64,000 nt of DNA from the NCBI GenBank assembly GCA_000934665.2, contig KZ538297.1, positions 1-64,000 of the forward strand, read 5' to 3'. Below are positions 49,275 through 62,040 of this stretch, piece by piece (position 1 is the stretch's first letter; every line of letters starts with the position of its first letter). The notes below the pieces were generated by a model that saw only the letters and a list, made by a program, of their open reading frames with translations, did no database searches and had not been told where the DNA came from. Source of the stretch: Catajapyx aquilonaris. Its lineage: Eukaryota. The position numbers and the translations under genes were made by a program.

Positions 49275-50506
49275 GTATGTGCGCATGCGCTATGGCCACT
49301 TCATACGGTACGCATGCGTTCAACGGGATAAACCTCCCGCTGATAAACTCAGGGCCAATCGTATTACAGGTGTGGGGCATACGAACCAATCATATTGCAG
49401 CATGGTTGAACACTAGTACGTGCAAACTGCGTCCAACAGGATTTACACCTCCCGCAGAATACACTCAGAGCCAATCGTATTACAGGTGTGTGCAATGCGA
49501 ACCAATCATATTACAGCTTCGTTGTACACTAGTACGTGTAAACTGCAGCCAACCGGATTTACCTGTGCCACGGATACAATCAGAGCCAATCGTATTACAA
49601 GTGTGTGCTATGCGAACCAATCAGAGTGGAGCATTATCACACACTAGGACGTGTAAACCGAGTGAAAGGCGCGATCGGGCGCGATCCAAACGTGATCCAG
49701 TGCGCATGCGTTAAACCGGGTTTACACCTCCCGCAGAATACACTCAGAGCCAATCGTATTACAGGTTTGTGCTATGCGAGCCAATCAGATTGCAGCATTA
49801 TTGTACACTAGGACGAGTAAACCGCGTCCAACCGGATTTACACCTTCCGCGGAATACACTCAAAACCAATCGTATTACAGGTGTGGGCCATGCGAACCAA
49901 TCAGATTGCAGTATGGTTGTACACTAGGACGTGCAAACTGAGCGAAAAGCGCGAACAGTGCGCATGCGTCCAAACCGGATTTACACACATACCACCGATT
50001 CACTCAGAGCCAATCGTATTTCCGATTCGTTCTATGCAAACCAATCAGATTGCAGCATGGTTGTACACTAAGACGTGTAAACCAAGTGAAAGGCGAGTGC
50101 GCATGCGTCTAAACTGCATTTACACATACCACCAATGCACTCGGAGCCAGTCGGATTGCCGGTCTGCCCCATACGAACCAATCAGATTGGAGCATTATCA
50201 CACACTAGGACGTGTAAACCGAGTGAAAGGCGCGATCCAAACGTGATCCAGTGCGCATGCGTTTAACCGGGTTTACACCTCCCGCCGATACACTCAGAGC
50301 CAATCGTATTACAGGTGTGTGCCATGCGAACCAATCAAATTGCAGCATGGTTGTACACTAGGACGTGTAAACCGCGTCCAACCGGATTTACGCATACCAC
50401 CGATGCACTTAAGAGCCAATCGGATTTCCGGTGTGTTCCGTGCGGACCAATCACAATGTAGCGTGGTGTCACACTAGAACGTGTAAACGAACTGAAAAGC
50501 GCGAAC
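49275..50506. repeat. ~9-unit tandem array (~115-165 bp) carrying CCAAT pairs and TGCGCATGCG palindromes, upstream of CCT3
   Basis: Each unit reads TACAC...CACTCAGAGCCAATCG-TATTACAGGTGTGTGC.ATGCGAACCAATCA...TACACTAGGACGTGTAAAC; CCAATs 31 bp apart (e.g. 49471 and 49502). Confidence 0.9.
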
Positions 50507-50716
50507 TTACAAATTCAGTAACTGAGACAACACTATTTGCACTGTAAATAAATTGCAAAAATTAACACGTGTATACACCTTGTTCCTCCTGCCCTTTACC
50601 AGCCACCCAAAATCCAGGCGTGTGCTCGCCAGAAAAAAAAGGACCGCCGCATCATTCTTAATGCCAGAACAGCTGTTCACATACCGGTACTTGCATAAGA
50701 GCGTGGCGAACACAGC

Positions 50717-51001
50717 ATGACCACAGTGAGTGTACGCAACAGCACTTTTGAATTACGCCGGTGCATTCAACTGTCCTCTCGTTATTAGCCGCAGCAGCAG
50801 CAAGAGACCCTGGTGTTGCTCAGTTCCATGATGCAGAACGTGCTGGACAGCATCCAGGACGTAATGAGCATTGCGCTGGAGAGCAACCTACACGACGACA
50901 TCAAGACTGCCGTGTCCATGTGCATACTGGAAGCGCAACAGATCATGATGCAAGGTCAGGAGCTGATGCAGAGCGGCCTGCTGGCGATGCAACCGCCGTG
51001 A
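50717..51001 (+). CDS. unrecognised 73-aa Met/Gln-rich helical protein; exons 50717-50725, 50789-51001
   Basis: ATG ACC ACA|GTGAGT...TTATTAG|CCG in frame; GC3-rich codons; AATAAA at ~51122. Confidence 0.6.
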
Positions 51002-51347
51002 TCACCCCGCAGCGTGTCGCACTGTGTCCCAGACGTATAAGGTGTTACGCCTTAATCAAATCTCACGACCCGAAACATTACTGACAGTACCCTGGAATTT
51101 TATTGATCAGAAATTCGTTTAAATAAAATTAATGACATTTTTGTAAAAATAAACCGCAAACTGTACACAGCACTTTCAAAATATTGATTCACAGGGATGC
51201 TAATCGCTTCAATTATTTTTGTATGTTTAAACTATCGGGGGGGAGCGGTCATTGGCACATTTTAATCAGCTTCGTGCAAAGTCACGCAAAATATCACAGG
51301 GGGGGTCCTCGAACCGAGCACAAGCACCGCACTAATTAAGCACCTAA

Positions 51348-54300
51348 TCACTTCACCCGTGTCCGGCTGAACAAATCCTCATCCTCCTCTTCGTCGCTGT
51401 AAATCTCCGGCATCTTGACCCCACCAGCACCGTTTATGACCTTGTACCCCACTCGACCCCTGCTCCCCCACTGTTGCGAATTGTCACTCTCCCCGCCACT
51501 GGGCTGGACCCACCTCCAGCACAACACGTACGCACCGAGCGCCACCACAATCCCGAAGTTGACTCCCAGAGCCAGCAGGAGCCAGAAGTACCACCGGTCG
51601 CTCGACTGCAAGTTCCTCAGGAGCGATCTCGGGTAGCACAGTCCCGTTACGATATCCGAGTCCTCAGACTGGGGAGTGGTCGCTCCTTGCTGCTCCGATT
51701 GTTGCAGCTGAGCGTCTCCGTAGCATAAGACGCACTGGTAGTCGTTGGGGCCTGTGCATGTGTGGCATGAGTAGTGGCACGGGATGCATGCGTCCGGGGA
51801 TGAGAAGTCTTCCGGTTGGTGGTACAGCGGGAAGAAGTGGTCCGGACAGGAGCTCACACACGAGGAATGAAGCAGGAGGAGCCCCTCTGCGCATTCTGTA
51901 ACGACAAGCGGGGGGGGGGACGGAAGGCGGAAAAGTACATTAGTCAAATGGTCTCATCAACACCGGGAAAAGTACCGAGATTCTTCAATGCAGCACTGCA
52001 TGAACTCGGGCACTACTTTGCACAAATTTTGCAGAAAAATGTACGCCATTCGCACACTGCATCAAAGAAGCCCATGTCCAAAAATAGATATATACAAAAA
52101 ATGTACATTCCCAAATATCTTACAAAAAAATTAAAATTTGTACACAAACACGTTAAAATTAACAATGCAATGCTAAAAAAAAACACCAAAAATCATACTT
52201 GGTATTACAAACATGAAACCAACAAATCATACTGTACACCATGCAGTTTTACATAGTACTGCATGCGTTCCGTTCTACAATTGACATGATCATATTTTTT
52301 TTAAAAAAAAGTGTCTCATGCTCAATCGTGCACTTGACGCCTCGTTTCAAGACCTAACCGCAAGCAAATCGGCTGTGATTTTACAGCGTTTAAAGCAGGG
52401 TGAACTACCCATGCAGCAAACGGAACTATGTTAACTCACCCAAACTTGTCCCCCAAAGGCTCGGTTCGTACAGGGTAAGGTAGAGGACGGAAAAATTTCG
52501 AAAACTAAAAAAAGACCGGGATGTACCAAGTGCCAGGAAATATGTACAAAAAGCGGTTAAGAGCATAGAGCGAGAGAGACTATTAAGGAAGTGCTAGGTA
52601 AGTGGTGAAAAGAACTAACCTGTGATAGGGTGGGTGGGTGAATGTGTGAGTTCCGCACTTGCCCCCAACACCTGAGAAAGAAAAGCCCCCCTGCCTTCGT
52701 CTGGCACTTGGCTGGATGGGGAATGTTGATTCCGAGGGGGACTAAGGATCGGACGAGGTAACCGCTGGGCCAGCCATGGGGCAGGACCTGCTCTCCACCG
52801 CAAGTAAAAACATCGCAGCGATACCCCCCCAAAGCACAACCTAACAAAAAGTCGTGGGGAACGCGATCCCATCAAACGCAACCAACCTTAGGAAAAACTT
52901 TGGTTTTTATTCCCATTTTTCAATGTCCCTGCTATACAAAAAAAAAAAAGAGAGACACATACTCCTCTTTTTTTTTCTTTATGTAAAGATATGTCTGCAC
53001 AATAAACAACAAGAACTTGGAATAACAACCACAAGTTTGGGCGGGGAGGGAAAGAATGAGGTACGAGTTTACAATAATTCTATTTTATATTACCGGCATG
53101 TAATCATTAATAAATATATTAAAATTTGATGCTTGCAACATGCCTCCTGATTGGCGGCTAGGTATATTTGAAAAAAACGGTAGATTTTACTGTCCGTTTC
53201 CGCGTTAAAGTCGACCTCTTTGGAATGTGGGCAAAGAACTGCTGAGTCCCCCAGTCGGCCCCAATCACGACTCACTTGCAAGCACCGGAATACTGGTAGG
53301 AACAATAAGGCGAAATTACACCTACAAAAACAAATAATCTTGCTGTCCGCCCACCACCACATGCAACACTTGGGTGCGGACCTGGGTGCGGATGAGTCTG
53401 AGGTGGGGAAGGAGAGAGAAAAAGGTTACCCCCTAAAAAGTGAAAACCATTCGGCACTGCATGTGTGTGGGTCTCTTCTCTCTCAAAAAAAACATTCCGT
53501 CTCTCTATTCTCGAGAGACTTCGTCATGGGTTAATAATAAAGTGTGATGTAACAAGTGGTGCTGTGTTTTTAACCAAAAATTTTGGTTATTATTGTCCTC
53601 CATTTCACTTTGTACTGGAAAGAAAACACTTGGGCTAATAAATTACAATCGTCATTAGAGAAAAACACTATTATACAATTCGCTTTTTTTAAAATTCCCC
53701 TGATCAAAGTGGCTCACTAAGTTTTTGCGCCTTAAGCTACAATATTGATTTCATTGCTGATCGATTTGCGTGTGTGTTTTTGCACACTCGCCCTTCTAAT
53801 ACTGCTAAATTTCCACAGCTCAGAAAAAAACAGTTAGTCGTAAACTAAAAACATATCAGCTACTGCCTCGCAAAAATCGTAATGGAATAGTACTCAACCT
53901 AAATTATTAACATATCCGACGCAAAGGTTTTCAATCTTCCTTCCAGTCAATTAAACAAATAAGCCACCGAACGAAAGCAACGTTTAAAAAAATACTCAAT
54001 GCACAGATTACGCCTTTCCCGCCGCAAAAACAACAGATTGAAAACCGCTGCGTACGACACACATTGGCACATACACAACACAAAGAAACAAACGCTTTAA
54101 GATTTTTTTAAACGAGTGCAATGTTGGCACTATGTATGCAAGATCTGCTCACTTAACGAAGCGCTGCTATTGAAATCGTACACACCAATTACAAGCACCA
54201 CGACACAGTTTTTTTTTTTTAACAAGAACGTCCCCTACAAAAATTGTTACCGATGAGCTCTTAAGTTTAAATGCAGTCCTTTCTTGTTGGCACAGGAAAA

Positions 54301-57300
54301 AAGTTTTAACATATACACCAGACGCAAACAAGTTTGGTTGGGGGGAAAACACCAGGAGGAAACAAAGCACCCGATAAAAAACCATCTCGTTAAGCGAAAC
54401 GAGACGATAGAATCAGAGCAGGGGGGGGAAATAATCAGTCTTGAGAGGCAGTTCTTGGATGGAGAGAAAACAAGGAAGCCAGCCATTTCCCCTCGTTTAA
54501 ATTACACAGAAAGCTTCAACATCGTTAAAATGACTGCAATTGCGAAATTAAAACCCGTGTTAAGTGCGATAAAATTTGTGGATCCAGCAACAACTCTTGC
54601 CGTTAATAAACACAAAAACAACCAAGCACCAGCTACGTATCCAGGGGGGGAAAACTCATCTCCTGGGGATTCCTAACTATAGGAAATTGTCCTAATTAAC
54701 ACCCTTTTTTAAAGATATGAAAGGAACACTGGATATATTATTATAATTAGAACCCATTTCCAGTTAAAGGGTCATTTTTAGAATGATATAAATTTCAGAA
54801 GGAATCGACACCATCGTGTGACTTCAGTCTCTTTCCCCCCGCACATCTTTTTTAATTAATCCCAACTTTCATGGTCGTAAGCGTCACTTTGCAGTGTCCT
54901 GCCTCTCAAAATCTGTCTCGAACAAACACTATTTTATATACACGAGTCGCTTAATCCTGTCCACCCTATTCGTTATAATATATCTATATATATTTATATC
55001 TATGCAGCCATTATTATTTATAATATACTTTATGTACACAATCACAACCACTCCATTCATAATTTGTTTAAAAAAAAAAAGTGTCGATTCGATGAATGAA
55101 AATAAACAGTATAAAAATAACAAATAATATCGTGGGTCACATTTTCCGACATGGCTGAGAAAATTATTATAACGTGATTTGAAGGGTGGGGGGGAAATAA
55201 ACAATAAGCACGATTTTGTCTTTAAAACTTTAGCTTAAAAAATCTTTGGTGTGGTGGTGATGGTTCATAAGCCGTTTTGGCTTAATATTTCGTTTCTTTT
55301 GAAAGTGTTTACAAACAGGAACTATTTTTTTTCTCTCGATTCTTGCTGGACAGTTTTTTTTTCAAAAAAAAAAAAAACAAGTTTCAGGTGTCCCGAAAAA
55401 AAGAAAGGCAAAAAGTGTCTCTCTAAGGCAGGAAAGATGTATGCGTGTGTCCGAAGGACAGCACTTTGCATAAGGGGCATAAAAATGAGTTAATACTTCC
55501 TTTCGATCCTCTTTCTAATTTTTTTTTTAAACAAAAATGTCAAGCAGACATTTTCGCGCCTTTAAAAGGCACCCCAAAAAATTTTGGGCTTGGCTCGGGG
55601 GTGAAGAATTACTTAAAACAAAAAAAGAATTTTATTTTTTGAGCAAGATTCAGAGGGAATGTCACGAGACGTGAAACATCGCTTCACAGGAAGGTTATTT
55701 TTTTGGGGGGGATATTGTTCGTTGCAAAAATCTGGAACTTGTTATTGTATAAAGAGGAAGGTTTTTTAACAATGAGTAAAACTTATTTCACCCGCACCCT
55801 AAAGGGGGAAACGAAAGTGCTTTCTGCATATGCCGCCTGCCTCCCTTTTTGGCATCAACGTTTCAACGCTACTCACAATAATCGCGACCCTTTTTACTAT
55901 CCGCAAATTGAGAAAAACAAGGGCTGTCCAAATCCAAGTTAGTTCGTTACTGTGCCCTTGACGTAATTACTCGTTTCGATGCCTCCTACAATATTACAGC
56001 ATGAAAAAAAATAAATCAGCCACTTCTAGGAAGTCAATGCAACAATGGTGGGGGAAATTATCCCCCCACATCGTTTTTTCTTTACCACAGTATAAAACCT
56101 GTCCCCTCGGAAAATGTCCAAAAAAACTACTGAACGTAACATCTACACACATCTAGTCATCACATTCAATCGATATAGGTTGTTGTGTCAATTTACAATA
56201 ATAGCCCACCGACAATTTTATTAGTTATTATTCATCTTTTTTTTTTAGCGCTTTGAGTCAAACTTCCTGGTTTGCAAATCCTCCCCTCTACGTCTTTCTC
56301 TCTGTTTTTTTTTTTTTTTTTCCTCCCCTGCCATGGGGGATGAGCCGAACTATTCCGGCTCGAAAAGAAAGGCCTACAACAAACCCCCAGCAGCTGATTT
56401 GAAAAAATGAGCAATAGTCTAAAAAGTCTTTCCCACAAGTCTCTGCTGCAATTTGTTTTTATTTATTGTATATTAAAATGGTTTTAAAGAGATTTGAAAA
56501 TGGTTGAAGAGGAGATTGGAGCTTAAGAAGAAGAGTGAAACTTGGATAGAGTTGGACGAAAACTGAGTTTGGGTTGCTATGAACCTGGGGGGGGAACAAA
56601 AAGTGCTACTTTTTATTACCGCTTCTCAATTCCCTTTCTGCTAACTTGCGACAGCTGTTTTCACGTCAATTGGCAGTGGTTATGTGGCGTGTTATTTTTT
56701 CTTCCCAAAAAACGGACGGGGATGCTCGCTACTAATATTCCTCGCAATAACTACCTCGGCTGTAAGTAACAGTACCTGACATACCCCTCAAAAGTTGGCC
56801 ACCTCTTTTTTTTTGTCTGGTGCCATTACTCAACAGCTCCAGGAATTGAGCTAACCTTCCCCTTTTTTTTCTTTCAACAATTCTCCCTAATGTCCATCAT
56901 GCTCAACCTCCTCCCGACCACCAACACCACCACTGGGAGCCCCCACGCTCTCAAGGGAACTCAACTGTTCCCCGCCCTGTTGAGGAATCCTGCTGCATAG
57001 ACTTGGGACACAAATAAAACGGAAAGGCACCAACCTAAGCAGGCCCCTGAATCCGATACCTTCTGGCACAAGGCTGCTGCAGCTGCGGAGGAGGAAGAGG
57101 AGGTGATGCTGCTGCTCCTTCCCCCGTTCTCCCCACCCTCTCCTGCCCTCCCACTAATATCGGGGAAGCCCTGTCCGGATGTGGAATGGTGGGAGTGGCT
57201 TCCGTCACGTGTCTGGTGCGGCTGCTGGTCCAGCTGCTGCAGTTCCGATTCGTCTGGCGGAGTGTCTGGAATGTCCTCCAGTCCCAGCGAGGAGGGAGGG

Positions 57301-60300
57301 GAGGAGGATGGGGAGAATGAGGAGGAGGCAATGGCAGACTGCTTCTTACCCGGCACTTTGTTGGCGGACGGATCCGAAGGAGGAGGAGGCACAGGGCCTG
57401 TGGCCGTCTCCGTGCCGAACAATGCCACGTTCCAGTTGGCCAAACTGCCTGCAGGGGACAGCAACACACATTAGCCAACATTCTCACAATATCAGCTGTA
57501 GTTGTTAACGAAAAGAAAACACTGGCATGCTATGGCTATCCTGTGAGGTAACATCCCTTCAAAAGTGCGTACTTATTCGATCATACTGCTCCTGAAGACA
57601 TCAAGGCAACACTAACAATCATAGGTTACCAATGAACATGCTTATTAAAAAAGTACACAACATTAGTTTAAAAATATTTTAAAAAACACCCATGCACCAG
57701 TTAGAAAATATTTCCCATCCGCAAACAATTTGAACATTAAAGCTGCGGTTACATGAGAGCGATTTTGATCAGCGTTGAGCGGCCAACCCAATTGTTTGCT
57801 GCGAAAGTAACAATCGATTTTGGTCCCCAAACAATTGGGAGATTCATTCCCCAGCAATAACATCGCTGATGAAATCGTTCTCGTGTAAATGCAGCGATGT
57901 TGCAGCAATTAGCTATGAGACCAATTGTTTGGGTCGAAAACAGTACATTGCTGATAAATCGCTCACATGTAAACGTGGCTTAAAAATGCCAGCCTGGCCA
58001 ACCCACACTGAATCCAGAGTACTTTTTTTGTTTAAATTACTGAAGGTGCGCAATTATAGTGTTATTTTCTGGCGCTCGTACTCCACATGCACCATGCTTC
58101 ACTGGAAGAACTGCATGAGATTAAACTCCCCACATTCACGACCTTACTTTAGGTACGTACTCGACAACTACACCTTCATTCGCAACCGCACAATCACTAC
58201 TCACGTGTCATGCACACAGTTAGACACACAGTCATGCAAGCAAGCATAGAACGAAAAAGGAGTTCTGCATCCTCCTTGCCTGGCTTGTGATGCTGTGAGT
58301 CTGACTGCTCCTCATGGAGGAGCTCCACCACCTTGTTTGCAGGCCTGATCGGGGTGGGTCGAGAGGGGGCGGGAAGAGGCGGAGGGTAGGGCGGAGGAGG
58401 CGGAGGCGGGTAGTACGGGGGAGGCGGAGGGAGGTACGGGTGCCAATGGGCAGGTGGACTGTCGTATCGCTGGCGCGGGTACGTGTAGAACACATGGTGG
58501 TACTCCTTTGGGTACTGGTAAACCGGGGTGTGGTACGTGGTGCTGGGAGGTGGCGGGGTTGTGGTCGTGGTGGTGGGAGGTTGGGTTGTCGTTGTGGTCG
58601 TAGTCGTCGTTGTAAGCCGACCCCTTCCCTTCCCGTACCCACTGTTGCTCATGTTCTTGGCCTTGCTGCGGTTGATGTTTCGAGCAGGGGCGGTACGGGA
58701 GGGCTGCTGGGGAAGGCGCTTTGGGATCGGAAAACGGGCAGAGTTGTGGGGCGGAGGTGTCGGTGGGGGCGGAGGTGGCTGGGTGGTGGTAGGCGGGGGC
58801 GGAGGAGTAGCCAGAAAGGCCTCGGGATTCTCCAGGGTTCCATGCAGGAGGAGAGACCACTCGTGGATCACTGCACGACCTTCGCATCGTTACATACGAC
58901 GAGTTAAGGAACGGTCGGGGAAAAGAAGTGAGAGAGAAGAAATTATGTCCATTATTATTAACCCACCACCGCAACCATCAGTTAGCAAAATTTCTACTTC
59001 CAGCTAATTCCCAACAATTAATTTAAAAACCAATCTATGTGCAATGCTCAGAAAAGGCTGCCTGAAAGGATCCCAACAATGAGAGCAGTAACAGTGCAGG
59101 CAGTCACCAAACGAGTATTGTAATTACATTAAATAAAATACAAGTTAATCCCCAGATAGGTACAAGCAGCACGTACTCAATTCGACAGATATTCAACACT
59201 GTAAAACGCAACATTTTCCACGGCTTGCCAGGTTACTCTTAAAGAGGACTTCACGCTCCTGAAAAGGCAATTAAAAGCAAGCCGTCTGGTACCCAACACC
59301 GACCTGCACACTCTCTCGCATTGTATGTAACCGGTGCTTTGTACTGACCTGTGTACCTCCCTTCGTTATGTATCTCCAGGGTCCAGACCCCGATGGGACT
59401 CTCGCCCCAGCAGTGAACAGTCATGAAAGGCCACGCCTGGAAGCCAGCCCTGGAGTTATCATGAGTGCGCCTTGCAAGAAGAGTCGACTTGGTTCCGGCT
59501 GGGGACGTCAGGTAAATCTGGATATCCCCACGACGACCAGCGGACAAGCTCACCTTCGCCTTTTATAATGCGCACACATGAGCAAACATGTCGGTTTAAA
59601 ACAGTCGTTGCCAGCTCACCTGAACGTGCTCCAGGTAGTTGACACCAGGACAGTGAAGAACCTGGAGCTGAAGTGTCACCTGGCTCTTGGCCGGAATGAA
59701 CTTATCCACATGCGGGGCTGGAATCTCGCACTTTCTCTGCTCCGGAGCCGTCTTCCAGATGCGAGCCAGCTTAACCATGGCCCCCGCATCCATCAGGCCG
59801 TACCCAAACGAATGGCTCACTGGAAATGCGGAATTCCATTAATATGGACAAGTCGCCTACGTACGCAGCCACTTACCATTCTTCCCAACCCCATTTATCT
59901 GCCAGTCTGGCGCCTTCAGGTTGGCAGGCTTGGCCGTCCTGACAACAATGTGCTGCATGTCCCTCCAGGTCAGGTTTCGGTTGGCATGCAAGGCCAGAGC
60001 ACAGATCCCCGCAGCCAGAGGGGCCGAGGCGGACGTGCCAGTGTGACTGGACGTGCATGAGTGATGAAGGTCGGTGGTCACTATCTGCTTCTCTCCTGGC
60101 GATCCGCTGGAGTAGGTGGTTGCCAAGGTGGAGCTGCAAGCCTCGGAGTACCACGGAACCATCCCGGTCTCTGTCGCACTGCTTATGCTCAGAGTCCATA
60201 TCGAGTTTGTGTACCTGTAAGGTTGCAATTATATAATTAAAAATGACAACAATGCCATCAGCGACTTACCCATCGCAGTTGCAGTTGTCATTGTCTCTTC

Positions 60301-62040
60301 CGCCGTTTCCAGATGCCCATACGAAAATCGAGCCTTTCCCGCCTCTCCCTTTGGACACCCCTTCCATGAACGCTCTAACAGCGAGTTCCCCCGGCCCATC
60401 CACAGTCTTCCCGTCGTCATCCGGGCCCCACGATGCAGAGTAGATGTCAATATGCTGCGGATTGAGGCTCAGAGATCGGGCTTCCACCGCATCAGTGACG
60501 TCCCCATCCAGCATACGCACTCCTCCGACACTCGCCTCGTACGCGACTCCAACTGCACAGAACGAGTTGTTCGAAACGGCAGCCACTTCTCCAGCGCACC
60601 TGGTTCCATGGCGGTTTGTGTCTATCAGGTCATAGCGAGGCATCGGGTCTTCATCATGGCTATTTACATCATAGCTTGCAAGGGGATCCTATTGCACAAA
60701 AAAAAAGAACACTCGAGTCTCTTTACATCCCACCGAAAACCGTCATTTATGCGCATATGCATTGATTCCTGAAGTCGCATTGATCAACTGTTTACAGATC
60801 ATGACCATGAAAGCTAATGAGGCATGCCGACTACATTCATTCTCAATCTGCCTACAGTATAGGCTGCTCTCAGCGCATGAAAACGACAAGTGCACTCACG
60901 TAGTTTTTAACAATGTCCGGATGATCCTTCTCCAGGCCGTCATCCAGAATAGTCACCACCACTCCCCTTCCAGTGACATTCTCTTCCCAAGCATCCTTCA
61001 CGTTCATATCAAGTCCATTCCCACGGTTCTGAAAAATTAATATGTCGACAGATCACTCTCATACAAGTGCCGATTAGCACGAGTTGAAAGGAATAAGTGG
61101 ATAGTACTTACAAGATACCACATCTGTGGCCACCTCGGATCGTTGAAGTTGAACGCTCTGGATTTCCCACCCCTCGCTGCCCTGCTGCTGCTGGGCTTCC
61201 AGTCATGGCTCTGGTAAACCACAAAGTCCCTCTTGACCCTCCTCTTGGCCCGCTGCTGCTGTGCCCACTCAACGCCGCCTTCCGTCGACAAGCGCTCATG
61301 GTACTCGACATTGGCATCCGCAGACCGCCGGTGGATCCCAGGGTGGTGGAAATGGTAGCAGTTGGTGTGGATCTAACGTAAAAGGCAAAAACATGAGCTG
61401 CTCAACTCGGCAGCTGACCTTGAACCAGACCTTCATGTTAAGCCGGTTCAGGTTGGCTAATCACATGAAACTCCTACGAAGCTACCCCGAGTTAAAGCGC
61501 CTGAACGTGCCGCACTACATTTTCCATCAAATATTATCAACGTCGCTATTTGCTAGCACGAACATGTCCTTTCGACGTGCGAAATCATACATCCGAAAGT
61601 TTGCCCCCAACTTCCCCCCAAAAAAATCCACTCTGTCCATTCAACAAGTGAAAAAAAAAACTCTAAACTCAATTTTCCCTCTGCCGTACTTCCGAACTTC
61701 CTTTCCCCCCAAGACTATCGGCATGAAACTTGGAAGTTCCCTGGAGCAAAGAAATCATCCTATTCAAGCTCACAGGAAAGGAAAATGGAAGCCTGCAGGA
61801 CACTCCAGGATGTAAATTGAACTTCCATAAATTTTGCGCACTTGCCAAAATAACCGTCTGGCTTTTTACGGAATGAACTCTCACCTTCCCCCAGTTGACG
61901 AATCCGTGCCTCGCAGCGATCTCGTCCGCTCTCTCGTCCCCTCCGTTGAGACACACGCCCCACTCGGACACATAGTGAGCTCCGACCCACTGACACAAGA
62001 CCAGGGCATGGATCACCACTCCCGCCGCTTTGACCAGCAT
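51348..62040 (-). CDS. Fur1: Furin-1-like proprotein convertase (membrane-bound, Cys-rich isoform); exons 62040-61885, 61372-61112, 61028-60900, 60688-60270, 60214-59877, 59819-59620, 59559-59349, 57448-57035, 51895-51348
   Basis: Signal peptide; pro-domain ending RRVKR; catalytic [25 protein letters not shown] domain ([16 protein letters not shown]); furin-like Cys repeat; TM; tail with YKVI and acidic cluster YSDEEEDED. Confidence 0.93.
57738..57983. mobile_element. PIF/Harbinger-like MITE, same family as 9869-9941
   Basis: TAAAGCTGCGGTTACATGAGAGCGAT...ATCGCTCACATGTAAACGTGGCTTAA; shares internal ATGAGACCAATTGTT with the short copy. Confidence 0.7.
58197..58870 (-). CDS. Fur1: alternative furin exon (P-domain end plus Pro/Thr/Tyr-rich tail, no TM)
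   Basis: GTGCAG acceptor in phase 1 gives [12 protein letters not shown], the canonical W.L.L.GT last strand of the P domain, parallel to [13 protein letters not shown] in exon 57448. Confidence 0.78.

Noticed and set aside
49275..50506. CRISPR-like appearance of this array and of 27188-27712 and 32815-33620
   Set aside because: Whole units are repeated with no unique spacers, no cas genes are present, and the context is eukaryotic.
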